A stretch of DNA of 64,000 bases. Source: Hamiltosporidium tvaerminnensis FI-OER-3-3. Its lineage: Eukaryota > Fungi > Microsporidia. The position numbers and the translations under genes were made by a program. Within the stretch, counting starts at the first letter, position 1. Every line of letters starts with the position of its first letter. The stretch covers positions 558,001 to 622,000 of the forward strand of contig JAKIMF020000005.1 of the NCBI GenBank assembly GCA_022605425.2. Reading direction: 5' to 3'. The notes under the pieces were generated by a model that saw nothing but the letters and a program-made list of their open reading frames with translations, searched no databases and was not told the DNA's origin. This document shows positions 35,700-48,836 of this stretch, one piece after another.

Positions 35700-37978
35700 C
35701 TCTTATGAACATCTAGCGGATTTTAATTATTTACTATAAATTGGTTTTGGTGCAGAAATTGTGCTGGAAATAATAACTATAATTCAATCTAAAAATATTT
35801 TAAACCTACTCATGACTTGCTCTTGTATCATCGAGTACATTTATGAATCAAAGTTTTATGAATTTATAATTTGAACTGAGAAAATCTTTGTGTCTAAAAT
35901 AATTATGTTTTAAATTTAATACTTTATTCACACATCTGTCAATATTTAGATTCTCTATCATTTCCTTAATGTGGGTTTTGTACCAATTGTTCTTATTTCA
36001 TTCCCATAAACCGTATTTTTCATTTCATTTCTTGGACAACAATACAATTTAAGAAATTTATAATATGGGCTTGTGACGCTAAACTTAATATAATCTTTTG
36101 CATTTAGTTTTGAGAATTGCAATCCAACAGTAATTTCATATCGTTTTATTCCTGCATGATATATATTATTTGAATTGAAAGTTTAAAATTTATTTCCAAC
36201 ATTTAGATTTCTGGAACACATGGAGATTTTTGTTTCCGATGCAATTTCTTCTTTTCCTAGGTTGTCTATCAACTTTATCTTTTAGACTACCAAATAATTC
36301 CGATAAATATCCTTGAAGTGTACCTTTGGAAGTTGATCAGTTCATCTGTAAATATATGGGTTTTGGGATCGGCTCTGCAAATCGAAGCAGTGCGAATATT
36401 TCATGACCTCGATGGAATATTTATGTCAGGTGTCTGTCTCTATTGAAAATATTTGAATTTCTGAACTACTATAATATTAATATCTGATTTTCAATTGAGA
36501 ATATAATTTATAAATTTAACATAATGATACTGGTCTCCCCGAAATTTCCGATAGTTTTTATGGTTTTGTTTACATTAAAACGACTTGTTTTAAAATTTAA
36601 CACGCACGATTAAATAAACATCTTTCGGAGGGAACATTGAATTTTCGACAAAAATGCATCATGTGATCTACTGATCATTTTGGTTATATTGTTTGTATTT
36701 GATTCCGTTGTTGAATCCTTATACGGTTTTGAGATGATTTTTATATTCTTTATTCTGAAAATTTATAATATAAAATGAATGATAAAGCATTGATTAATTC
36801 GTGTGTTTGTTTGGATTGATGATTTTGTGTTTGTAAATTTTCTATTTACTCTTTCTTGATAAAACTGGCGAAACTTTTATCTTGATCTACAGATCTTCAC
36901 CTGTGGCCAAAATATTTGATTTGTTTTTCTTATTTCATCTATATATCTTGAAAATATTTGGACCGTGACCGAATCTAATTTTGAAATGGTCCTGTGGCCA
37001 TCTTTTCACAATATAATTTACGCCTTAAGTCGCTTCTTACCATGGATTTCTATTTCATTGTAAATCCAGTGTAATATTTAAGGTTTTATACATCTCGAAC
37101 CACAGAATTTAAATTTTTTGAATTAATACATCTGCATTTAGACATCGATATATAATATTTCATTAAGATTTTTAAAGAGCGACAAATTAAATAACTGATC
37201 ATATCCATCGGCATAGATATCTACTCAAAATATGAATTATTTATGAATGCAAATATATAATCAATATTTTTAGATCATCATTTGATTTTTTAACTTTTTC
37301 TAAAATTTCATTTATAATATCGTCTCGGATGGAAATATCGTACTTTATAAAATCGGAAAACCATCGTTAATATAGCCGGAATATTTTATCTTTTTGTGTT
37401 TTTTGGATAAATGCATTTTAAATATTCTACATAATCTTTTTAGATACATACTAGACATTGATAATTTTTTGAATTAGATATGAATTTCCATTTGTTTTTT
37501 ACTTCTGGATTAAATATCGAGAACTGCATCAACGAATATTTTCACGCTTATTGGTTTTAATCTTGGAATATCAATTTTAACCTAGCTGATATCTGTTTTC
37601 GTTCACATTTTCAATTAAAATGGAAGCACATTACTGTTTTAAAATATAAAATTTTTATAATTCACTGATTTATATTTTATATATGTTTGTTGCTGGTTTT
37701 TTGTATTTCTCTTCATTGAAATTCGCGAAGTTTCCAATTAATTATAAATACTTGTAACTTTACTATTTGATCAAACTATAAGAATAGGTTTTTGATCGTA
37801 AATAGAACACTCATCAATATCGTCTCGTTCCATTCTGTTATTGGATTCTTCTGCTTCTAAAATGTAAAGCGATTGTCTTTTGGGTTAATATTACTTTGGA
37901 TATCGAGAGAATATATAACGACAAAACTGTGAAATATGTTTTTATATTAATTGACTTTAAGATTGCTTCACACATCAT
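35700..37978 (-). pseudogene. Possible decayed gene with signal-peptide-like start
   Basis: GGGG motif then ATG at 37978 (MMCEAILKSINIKTYFTVLSLYILSISKVILTQ), followed by coding-like fragments broken by stops and frameshifts; 3' limit uncertain. Confidence 0.25.
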
Positions 37979-38119
37979 AACTTGCTACCCCTTTAAATAA
38001 ATTTTAGTAAAGAATAAGATTATCGAAATATATGAGGATTTTCGATAAAATTGTATATAGAATTAATTAAGAACAAATATCGTTCTTTTTATATTATTAT
38101 CGAAAATTCATTAAATTAA

Positions 38120-40250
38120 TAAATTTGTGTGTTAAAATATTTTTGACATTTTTTTATGTTTTCTTCTACCTCTTTAACAATTGCTATCTCTTATTCCAAA
38201 TTTGAATCTTCATTTATGTTATTGGTCGGTTCTTCTAAAGTGGTTCCTCCTTATAGAATAAAGGGTGCTTTATTTTTTGGTTTAAAATTTTTTCCATCAT
38301 CTTCCTCTCTCTTCTCTCCTTTTAAAGGGGGTAGGTTCCTCATGCACCTCTGATCTCATAATAACACCCATTGACGCTCTCTCCCAGCTCTCTTCGGCAT
38401 TTAGTCCTGACTCAAGTCCTCTTCGTCGATCAAAGGAAATGGTTTCGACTGTCTTCTTAAGAACTATAGACTGAATGTATGCCTCCATATTCAAGGGTAT
38501 TTCTAGTTTTTTAAGCTGAGATTTATGGTATTTTGTCACAATACCGTCCCAGGTCATCTCATAAGGGATTATCTCAACACAACACTTATAAATAAAACCC
38601 AAATCATTGGCTAGCAGGCTATACTTCCTAAGTTTTTCGGTTTCAACTATTTGAAGTGAATCTTAGGAAGTGATTACTACTTCTATGTGTGTTATTTTAT
38701 TCCTCCTATTATCTAAAATATATATCTCAGGTTCATTACACTGAATTTTAACATCAGTTTTTATTCTGGTGTCCACTTTTATCTCTACATACTCATTATT
38801 AAGAGTTTCTTGAACTGAGTGACTCCTAATTCGTTTTAAAGACTTAAACTTATATCTATTCAAGAGAAATAAAAGTAGACATCTAACCACTTCATTATGC
38901 CGTCTAGTGTAATCATGGCCTAGCATTTTTTCACATCTAGTTGCTAGATGATCTACAGTCTTACCAGACTTCCCGCAATGTTGACACACACCATCTGCAC
39001 CCCAGAATACATTTCTATCCTGGATATAGCAGAACACAGTTCCATTTCGTGGCCTAATATTTCATTTCTTTAACCATCTTGAAGAGTTACTAACACTCAC
39101 AAGCTCATTTTTTCTTGCATTACATAACTTTGAATGGTGTTTTCGTTTTTCTATTTCGTTATATAGTTTTGCAAGTTGAGCTTCTTCTAAACTTTTCTTA
39201 GAGACTTCTTCTACCAACCTGTACTTTACTTTTAAGAAGCCTTTTATTAGTGCCAGATGGGGTTCATTATTATTCTCCACCTTGAGGATTGCTGCTCGTC
39301 TAGTTGATATTTCTTTACTTTTTTACAGACAATCCAAGAGTTTCAGAAGCATATGTTCGCTTCGCAACTCAACAGTATGTAAACTTCTCCCAAGTTCTGT
39401 TCTAGGAAGAACAAACGCTATTACATCCTGGGCGGAGATGTATCTTATTCTTCACCAATACCACACGCACCACTTCATCTAACTTAGAGAAGTCAGCCGG
39501 TTCAAGTCGAAGTACTCCTATGTGATAGTTGATTAACGATATCGCATGTTGATTGATTGCAGAAAATATTTTTTTTTGCATTTAATCTAGTGTGACAAAG
39601 TCTTTCAACTCTTGATATAAGTTTGCTCTGTACTTCTTCAAATGAGCTACATGTTGGGATTCCTCTGCTATATTCTATTATTCCTAAATATTTGTAAACA
39701 CTAACACCTTCTAGAAGAGTAGCAGTATCTTCACAACACGTATCATTTGTGGCTGACTTCTCTTTGTTAATCTCTAAGCCAATCACCTCTAAAAATTCCT
39801 TTGCCTCGCCTGTCATAGCACTCAATGTGGAGCTGTCTTTTGCAAGGAGCTTAAGATCATCAATAAACAAGAGATGATTAGTAGAATGAGATTCTGTATC
39901 TGTTTGTACTGTCACTTTTGTGTATTTGTCATTAAGCTTTCGGCTTAATGGATCCATACACAACACAAACAACAATGGTGACAAACTATCTCTTCGCAGA
40001 ATCCCTTCTCTCAATCTTCTTGCTCATGATTTTTTCAGGCCCTACTGATATATCAATTTTCCATTGATATAATTTCCTCAATAAGTTAAAAGATCCAATC
40101 AGGTAAATTAAGGTTTTCATTGCATTGAGTCTAATAAGCATGATCTATTGAATCCTAAGTTTTTTTAACATCAATCCATGTTGCCTTAAGATTGTTTACG
40201 TACTCTTTATTCAAGCAATATTCAGTGGAGCCTGCTTTTTCGCCCCTTGC
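38120..40250 (-). mobile_element. 5'-truncated R4/Dong-like non-LTR retrotransposon
   Basis: RT motifs EGIL..DSLSPLLFVLCMDPL, NHLLFIDDLKL, YKYLGI (39502-40014); CCHC and RLE (38297-39037); same 3' end as the other copies. Confidence 0.92.
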
Positions 40251-40436
40251 ATTAAAGAATTAAAGAAATAATATAATTTAACTAAAAATAATTAAAGAAT
40301 TTAAAAGAATAGAGAAATAAAATAAAATAAAATAAAAAGAAATAAAACAATTTAAATAAAAAGTAACAAATAATTATAAACTATAACAAATTATAATCCT
40401 TTAAACATTGGATATTAGAATTATGAATTTACTTTT

Positions 40437-43374
40437 TCATTTAATTAATTTTTCTAACTCCTCCATAACACTTTCTACTATCCTTCTAACACTTTCATCC
40501 TTATCACCACTCATCTGACTTAAAACACCAACAAACCACCCAAGTAATTCCTCACCCATACTAAGCATATTATCACCTTGTTTTTTAACCCCATTATCAT
40601 AGATATTATTTTTATTATTAACTAGTGTATTATCATTAATTATATTATTTCTTACAAAAGTATCACCAACTATTCTATCCCCTAAGATACTATAAATACC
40701 CTTTGATATAACTCTTACACACTCACACCTAACATTACTCACCTCATCTCTTAACAACACCTCAACAATACTTCTTCCTCTTTTTAAATACAACATTTTA
40801 CTACAATAGTAACACCCCATAATTCTTATCAAATAATTTTTATTTCTCACCAACTCTTCAACTCTATCAACAAAAATATCAGATTTATCGTTATTTATAT
40901 TAGACTCCTTGTTATTATTAGTATCTTTGTTATTTATATTGGTAATAGGATTGTTACCTATCCTATTATTATTATTAGTATCATTATCTATCCTATTACT
41001 ACCATATATCCTATCATTATCTATCCTATTATCATCATTATTATTATTATATAACATACTATTACTACCATCACCCCTACTAATACCCCACTCTACACAC
41101 ATTACCTCATACACATAAAAACACCTCATCCTTATCTCATTACACTTATCACACATCAGTTGATAATATATTTTAATAAAATATTTTTTAAAAAATTCAA
41201 ATCCTAAACAAATCATACCTTTTATAAAGTCACATACAAATAACCTTATTCTCCATTTATTAGAAATCAAAAAGTTCTGTAATTGTTCTAAGACAAGAGA
41301 GAGGTTAAGAGTAATAGTAAGGTTATTACTTATATTATTATTACTTGTATTATCAACTATATTATTATTACTTATATTATCAACTATATTATTATTACTA
41401 TATTATTATTACTACTTGTATTATTATCAACTATATTATTACTTACTATCAACCCTACTATCACACTTACTATCATACTATACTATCACACACACTACTA
41501 ATACTATTATTTTCCTTTAAAATTATACTTTTATCTCTTTTTTCTACCAATGAAATAACACCCTTTAATACAGACATTCTAACCTCAATACAACTATCAG
41601 TAATAAGTCTATTAAAGACACTAACAATACAATTAACATAAGAGTAAGTATAAGGGATATTATCGGTATAAGGGTTAGTATAAGTATAAGGGTTAGTATA
41701 AGAGTTATTATCAATAGTATTACTAATAGGGTTATTATCAATAGTATTACTAATAGGGTTATTATCAATAGGATTAGTAATATTTCTATCAACCCTACTA
41801 TCATACTTATAACTAATACAATTATTATCAATAGTATCCCTATCAACTATACTATCAACTATATTGTCACTACTATCAACCCTACTATCAACCCTACTAT
41901 CCCTACTACATATCTTATACTTACCTATGTTACTTCCTATTACCCCTCTAACCTGTTCATTACTATCTTTAGATAATATTTCTATTAATTGATATATTAT
42001 AGGGGTATTAATATAAGGAAGTATATTTACAAGTGTTTTACGTACTTCATCTTCTGTATCACAAGCAAGTTTTAAAAGGAGTGAATTAATAATAGTAGTG
42101 TTGTTATGTTGGTTAGTATGTTGGTTAGTATTACCATCTAATCTACTATCTAATATATTATTACCATCTAATCTACTATCTAATCTACTATCTAATATAT
42201 TGTTATTATCATTAATATTATTATCTAATATATTATTATTATCTAATACTACCTCCTTATCTAATATATTATTATCTACCCCTACGCCATTGTCTAATAT
42301 ATTATTATTATCTAATACTACCTCTTTATCTACTCCTACTCCATTATGTAACCCCATACTACTACTATTTATTATTTGGTGTATCTTACGTGTAACTGAC
42401 ATTCTAACTCTCCATGACTTACTATAACATAACATATATAATACATCAATACTAATATAATTATAAATATTAAAAATATAAATAATACAACATTGTAGGT
42501 AATCAGATTGTTGAAATAAATAATTTATGTAAGATAATAAATATTTGGGTGTAAATATTGTGGGGTAGTAGTGGTGGATAGAAGAAAGTGATTTTATTTG
42601 GGATTTTGATACTATTTCTATTGTGTCGTGTAGAAGTGTGTGTGTTGTATTGAATATTAAGTCTTTATTTAGAACAGAGATGAATACATTAGTATTAGTA
42701 GGTGTAGTAGGATAGTTAGTAGTAGGTGTAGGGTTGGTAGTAGTAGGTGTAGGGTTGTTATTAGATTGTTCTTTAGTATTATTATTATTTGTATTAAATT
42801 CTTTATTTGTATTAGATTGTTCGTTAGTAGTTATATTACTATTAATTATATTATTACTAATTATTTTATTATTAATTATATTACTATCAATAGATTCTTT
42901 ACTATTTACACCCACTCTATCCATAGTATTCTCATCCTTACATATTATTAAATCTTCGTAACCTCCAAATGTCTTTTTAATGGTTTGTGATGTGGTGGTA
43001 TTATAGAGAAGATGGGTAAGTAAACAGATACAGAACAATCTGTGTATATAGAAGGGTGATGTGGTAAGGTCAGTTATAAATTGTGGGGTTTTTAATGGGT
43101 ATGTGTTCAGGTAGAGAATTGTGTGGTTTAGTATTTGGGTATGGTGTGTGTTTTCTAGGATTAGAAGTTTTATTATTTCAAGGTGTTTATGAGAATTATT
43201 TGTGTCGGTTATGTTTGTTATTCCGGTTGTTTCAGTCTTGTCAGTTATATAAGTTGTTTCAGTTGTGTCAGTCATACAAGTTGTTTCTGTAATATTGTTG
43301 AGGTCTGCTAGTATTTTGGTAGGTGATATTATACCTGCTGTTTGGTATAACGCGTCAAGACTTGGTTGGAGCAT
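40437..43374 (-). CDS. TPD3: PP2A scaffold (A/PR65) HEAT-repeat subunit with large Asn/Thr/Asp-rich insertions; frame broken at ~41400-41475
   Basis: HEAT motifs SKSWRVRM, LACDTEDEVRK, LSKDSNEQVR, LITDSCIEVR (upstream ORF) and NKWRIRL, NYLIRI, LLRDEVSNVR, MSGDKDESVR (downstream ORF); break lies within a tandem repeat; CCCTT before ATG. Confidence 0.75.
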
Positions 43375-43620
43375 AATGAAGGGTTACTGTAAATTATTTG
43401 ATGAATAGAATTACAAGAAATATAATTTTTATTTTTTTTAGAATATTTATGAATATTTATGAATATTTATGAGAACCCTTGGAGTTACAAGTGTTACGTT
43501 TTTAGGTAATGAAGGGTTACTGTAAATTATTTGATGAATAGAATTACTTTTTTTTGATTTGTGAATATTTATGAATTTATGAGAACCCTTGGACTATAAA
43601 GTTAATATTTTTAGGTAATT
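43375..43620. repeat. Tandem duplication (~132 bp) of the PP2A-A core promoter
   Basis: TAATGAAGGGTTACTGTAAATTATTTGATGAATAGAATTAC at ~43374 and ~43507; GAGAACCCTTGGA repeated. Confidence 0.8.
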
Positions 43621-43661
43621 GTTTATAGAGAGAGGGAAGGGTGTGAAAGGGTAACTAAATG

Positions 43662-44415
43662 TTGTGAGAGGATAATAATTTAGATGTAAGTGTGTAAATA
43701 CAAAGGGTGTATTAGATACTTAGAAAATATCAGGTGTTGTGAGTGTGTGAAATTTGGTTATGAAATTGGTGTAAAAGTTGTTGATGTGGTGATGAATACA
43801 CTCATTTTGGTGTTTTTTCGGTTTGATTTTATATGAGAGGAGATCGTCTGCGAAATGATAAAACTTTTTTATTAAAAACTTAATTCTTAGTTTTTTATGT
43901 AACTAGATTGTAAAAAAATATTTAAATTAGGTATTTTTTTGTATTGGGAACTTAGACATGCTGTGTGGGAGATACAAAAATAAATCTTTTAAAGGCAGGA
44001 AGTCTAAGTAGCAGGTTATAACTGTTGGTATGACATTATTTTTCTATGCAGGCTCGGTATAAATACCGAGATATATATTAGATGGAAGTTTATTGGGTTC
44101 TGAAAGTGTAAACTATGTAGGAATAATCTAGTTTTGGGTGAACTGAGAGGGGCGTCGATCTAAGATCACACTCTATGCAACGGACATTAATAAACTTCAG
44201 GCAACTGCTTCGTCTATTTATTGAGTTCTATAAATCTTTAGATAAAGGTTTTGGATCGTAGGTATCGTAAGAAAGAAAAATGGTGCTCGGGCTAGCAGTT
44301 ATTTATTTTAAATCTGAGAACTGCGTTAATGCCATGAAAAAAGGTCTAATACTTGCCACGGTTGTTAAAATATGTTATATTTTTGAAAAGGTTATGTATT
44401 TATTTTGGATAAATA
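43662..44415 (+). mobile_element. SINE-like element copy F, diverged
   Basis: Collinear blocks GAGAGGATAA, TAGTTTTTTATGTAAC, GTAGCAGGTTATA.CTGTTGGTATGACATT, GAAGTTTATTGGGTTC, GCAACGGACATTAA, GAACTGCGTTAATG. Confidence 0.75.
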
Positions 44416-45136
44416 ACAAATTAGATTTATTTGTTGAATTACTTTTTAAGATTCGTGTTGAATCGTTGAAACTGATAAATTAATGATTAATTAAAATGTG
44501 AGTTAATTATATGGCTTGTTATATTAATTACTGCATTATAATTTACTATGTAACAATAAGGGATTGGTATAAATACAAAACTATATCGAATTTACTTTGG
44601 AAAATTTTAATTCTGATAAATCTTTAAACAGGCTTGGACTAAGTCAATATTATTTAAAAATATAGTCTTTATCGTATCTTTTTATTAAAAATTAATATGG
44701 ATTGATACTGAAACCAGTTATGGGGGTAAAAAGTAATGGATAAATTCTTACTCTTTACATATATTATTAATAAGAAGAAATATATTGAGATGATTCCTTC
44801 TCTCATAAAAAATGTATGACTTTCCTGTGGAATGCAATGATTCAGTAGACACCATTTATACTAACTTGTGGATTGAAATATAAGGCAACTGATAAAAAAA
44901 TAGAAAAACCAAAAAAAATATATTAAATTTAATATAATAAAAAAACTACAGAGAATTCTATATATTTACTGTTTTATATGTTTAAAATTAAATATTCCTC
45001 GAAATGAGCAAATACAGGTTTTATCTATGAATTCCAAGTTTTTTTTTATTATCTTTATTAGATTTTAATCTAATTAATTCTTTTTAATTAATTTTTCTAT
45101 ATTTAATTAAAAAAAATTATAAGGTTTTCAACTTGA

Positions 45137-46516
45137 ATGAGAAAAATGTTGTTTTCTTTATGGGTCTTTACTATAACAGTTCATTGTGCAAGAAATCCCG
45201 TTAAATCAAATAAATGTTCTGTAGAAACATTGTTTAGTATTATAAATAAGGAAATTTTTAAACAATATGCGGAAAAAACAACTCAATATGACGAAATATC
45301 TTCAAACGAATTTTTATTTCTTGAAAGTTACAAATATATGAATACAGAGGCTACAGATGAAATATTTAAATTTTTACTTGCAAAAAAATCAAAAATGTTT
45401 CAAATAACTGTAACATACATGTATAATGACGAGAATGATTTTGGATATGTATATCACGCATCTATTTTAGTATACAACAATATATTTATAACAATCAGAT
45501 TATTAGGAAAATATTATCGAGTTTTAAACAAAAGTATTTTTCTTAAAAGTTATTTACATTATTTAAATTCTGATATAAAAAAATATTATTTACAAAAACA
45601 TATTTCTATGTTGATATTCTATTATCTAAATATATTCAAAACTATTTTTAGTAAACTGCAATCAAAAAAAGATTATTTTCATTTGGTTCCAATATTTTCA
45701 GATATAGTTTTTTTTAAAGATGTAGATAAAGACTTTTTATTTCCTTTACTTCTCAAACAAAAGTATAAGAGTGGCTATGACTATTATTTACTTGTAAATG
45801 ATGTAAGAATAAACGGTAAATATGATGAAAATAAAAAGAGTAAATGTATTTTGGAATACGCATTTACAAATACAACTTTCGAATCAATAAAAAATTTATC
45901 ATTTCGAAGAGTAGAAATTGTGACTAAATCGAGAAAGAAATATCCACATCAAAATATCACTAATAAGTTTGTTGCTACTGAAATCATTATTTGTAATCAA
46001 AGTAGATACTTAAATATATATGATATTTTTCTTTCTGGTTTTAGAGATGATATTGAATTTGAGGAGAGTGAATTGAAAGAAAACGAATTTGAAGAGAAAA
46101 AATTGAAAGAAAAAAAATCAGAAGAAAATAAATTAGATCTTATAAATTGTTTCGGTTATAAATCTGCTAATATAGATATTTTTACGTTTATTATAATTAA
46201 TAAATTGGAAAACATGAAAAAAAATAAACAAAGTAAAAAAGATAAAAAAAATAGAAAAACCGATAAAAATATTCAAGATATTGCCTATTTAAATATAGTT
46301 AATAGAGAGTTTGATATTGAGTACGATATTAAAATTTATTATAAATTATATGATAATGAAGTTGTCGATATTCTTTGCGATCAAAGTATTACGGGATTTT
46401 CCTCTGATATGTCGTTAAAAGAGAAAATATCTTTTATAATTAGATTTGTTAAAGATTGTGAAAAATATCGTTTTTGTTTGATTGATCGCAAAAATAAAAA
46501 ATCCATAATGTTTTGA
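45137..46516 (+). CDS. Secreted-type protein, 'C-TKNP' family paralogue 3
   Basis: MRKMLFSLWVFTITVHC-ARNP; conserved blocks; short E/K-rich repeat insert; 459 aa. Confidence 0.88.
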   Translation: MRKMLFSLWVFTITVHCARNPVKSNKCSVETLFSIINKEIFKQYAEKTTQYDEISSNEFLFLESYKYMNTEATDEIFKFLLAKKSKMFQITVTYMYNDENDFGYVYHASILVYNNIFITIRLLGKYYRVLNKSIFLKSYLHYLNSDIKKYYLQKHISMLIFYYLNIFKTIFSKLQSKKDYFHLVPIFSDIVFFKDVDKDFLFPLLLKQKYKSGYDYYLLVNDVRINGKYDENKKSKCILEYAFTNTTFESIKNLSFRRVEIVTKSRKKYPHQNITNKFVATEIIICNQSRYLNIYDIFLSGFRDDIEFEESELKENEFEEKKLKEKKSEENKLDLINCFGYKSANIDIFTFIIINKLENMKKNKQSKKDKKNRKTDKNIQDIAYLNIVNREFDIEYDIKIYYKLYDNEVVDILCDQSITGFSSDMSLKEKISFIIRFVKDCEKYRFCLIDRKNKKSIMF

Positions 46517-48836
46517 GCTCCGAATTATATAAAACTTAAATTTTCATATTTTTTTGCATTTTTTACTAATATAATTAATTAAAAAAGTAAATAATTTAAA
46601 ATTCCCAGGTATAATTCATTTGAGTTCTTTCTAATAATGTTTGGTAGCTTTTGGTTTCTGCCAAATATTCCATATTCAATTCAAAGGATGAAGAATTAAG
46701 AACATAAAAACCGGAAATCAAATTATAGTTTTGAAGATTTTATATTTTTTATTAAAAAAAACTGCGAATTTCTCTTATAAAGTCAAAAAAAGTCTTAAGT
46801 AAGGAAATTCGAATATCAAAATAGTGATTTTGGGAGACAAAAAATATTATTCAAATGTAAGAAGCAGAGCCAAGCCATTGCGCAATATTCTTTGATTGAT
46901 AATAGAAACTCTAGGTTTCATTACACCTATAAATATATTCCAAGGTCCACTGGGTTTTCAGACTTTTAATTTTTTGTATATTTTGCAAATATTAATCGAA
47001 CACTTCTGTACGAAAATAATTTAAAATTGTTTTCAAAAAACATTCTAAAAATACTGATCAATCGAATCAATTAAGTTCACAATTTAATTATTGAAATCTA
47101 AATTATAACAGTTCAGAAAAGAGAAAACAAGTAAAAGTAAAATTCTCAGCACTGATATTTTTTAAAACTACATATAGGTAGCTAGAAACTTCTGTGTAAC
47201 ATACAAAGGTTTTTATGGGCAGTTTTATTACATATGGGAATATCTAGAAATATTAAAGTATAAAACTCATAATAAAAACAGAATAAAAGTTCTAATAATA
47301 ACTCGTCTCATTATGCTGTAATTTCGAAATAATAACTAGTATAATTACTATTTAAATTTATACAAGTCGAAACTAAAAATTATAGATATAGCTCTATAAT
47401 TCTTGAACTAAAATTACAATGAAATTTATTTGTACATTTATCTTTGGTTAAAAAAAGGTTTGTTGACACAAAAACCAATATTTTCAAAAAAAATTAAAAA
47501 CGGTTTGCAAAAGTTTGTTTACTTTTTCGAGTCAAGCAAAAAATTATAAATTTATCATTAATCTTTTTTAGGTCAGAGTATGGAACCAAATGGTTGAATA
47601 GAAATACACGATATACAGTAAAACTTAACTAAACCATCATTTCAAAGAGGAGATAAGAAATATAGAATTAAAGTAAATGTATAAGTTTGATTTTGAATGA
47701 AAAAAACAAATATTTTTATTTCTCCGTAAAAAATCCAATAATATTTTATTTTTTTACATAAGTAAAAGAATTTTAATTGAATGATAGACAATTTAAATTA
47801 CATTAGGGTACTTAGAATTACTATTTTCTAGTCCAGATAGAAATTTATAATTCTAATTAGATATTTGTTAAGTTTCTTTCGATATATTTGGTCTATATTT
47901 TGAATAACTATACCTTTAAAAATGTTTTATGCAAAGTTAATTTTAAATACTTTTCTTAATCTATCTAATCTACAAAAGATTTTTGTGTTTACTTAACCGT
48001 AAAATCTGAAATTGAATTTTCCTTAAGTAACCTTTATATCTATTCTTTAATATAGATATTTTACTACAGATTAAATACTGAATATGTAAATTTATAGCAT
48101 AAAACGCAAAGTAAAATACAAAATTTTGAGAAACCTTAAAGTTCTACCAATTTTATGTGAAATTTTCAAACGATTTGTTATAATTTAAATATTGAGTTTG
48201 TAATTTTTAAAGATAAATTGAAAATAGCAACTAAAAAAGTTATTTTTTTAATTTTACAAGTACTCTAACTATGAAAATTGAAAATTATTCATAAATAAAA
48301 ATATACTTTCTTGTACTTTTTTACTTAAACTCCTTTAAAAACCTGAAAAATCAATTTCGAAAAAAAGTATTTATCTCAAATATTTGTTCTTCATATGACT
48401 AAAATTAACAAAAAATATTCATAGAATTTATAAATATTTATATTAAATAGAAAATTTTGTATTTAATTTATTATCTCAAATATACTCAACTATTCAACTG
48501 ACAAAAATAAGAAATATTAAAATTAAACTTCTATTTTAAGAAATTTACCAATAAAAGATAATTAAATACCTTTTACTTAAATTATTTACTATTGCTATGA
48601 TCAAAATAAATAGATGAAAAAAATACTTAAGGATATAAATTTTTTTAACCATAATTTTATAAAATAAACTATGATCAATATAAGTTACTTTGCCTTTCTA
48701 ATTAAGAAAAAGGTGTTTTCTAATAAATAGCAGAATTTAAACAAATGCTTTATATTCTTACTTCTTGATTTTTTAAAAATAATATTTTACATTCAATTTG
48801 AATCAATACAACTTTATATTGTTTAAATATATTTTT

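Noticed and set aside
40909-43292. Leu/Ile-rich overlapping ORFs in the PP2A-A region, and antisense ORFs over delta-COP, UBC9, RPS15 and the LINE copies
   Set aside because: Shadow frames of low-complexity or real coding sequence on another frame or strand
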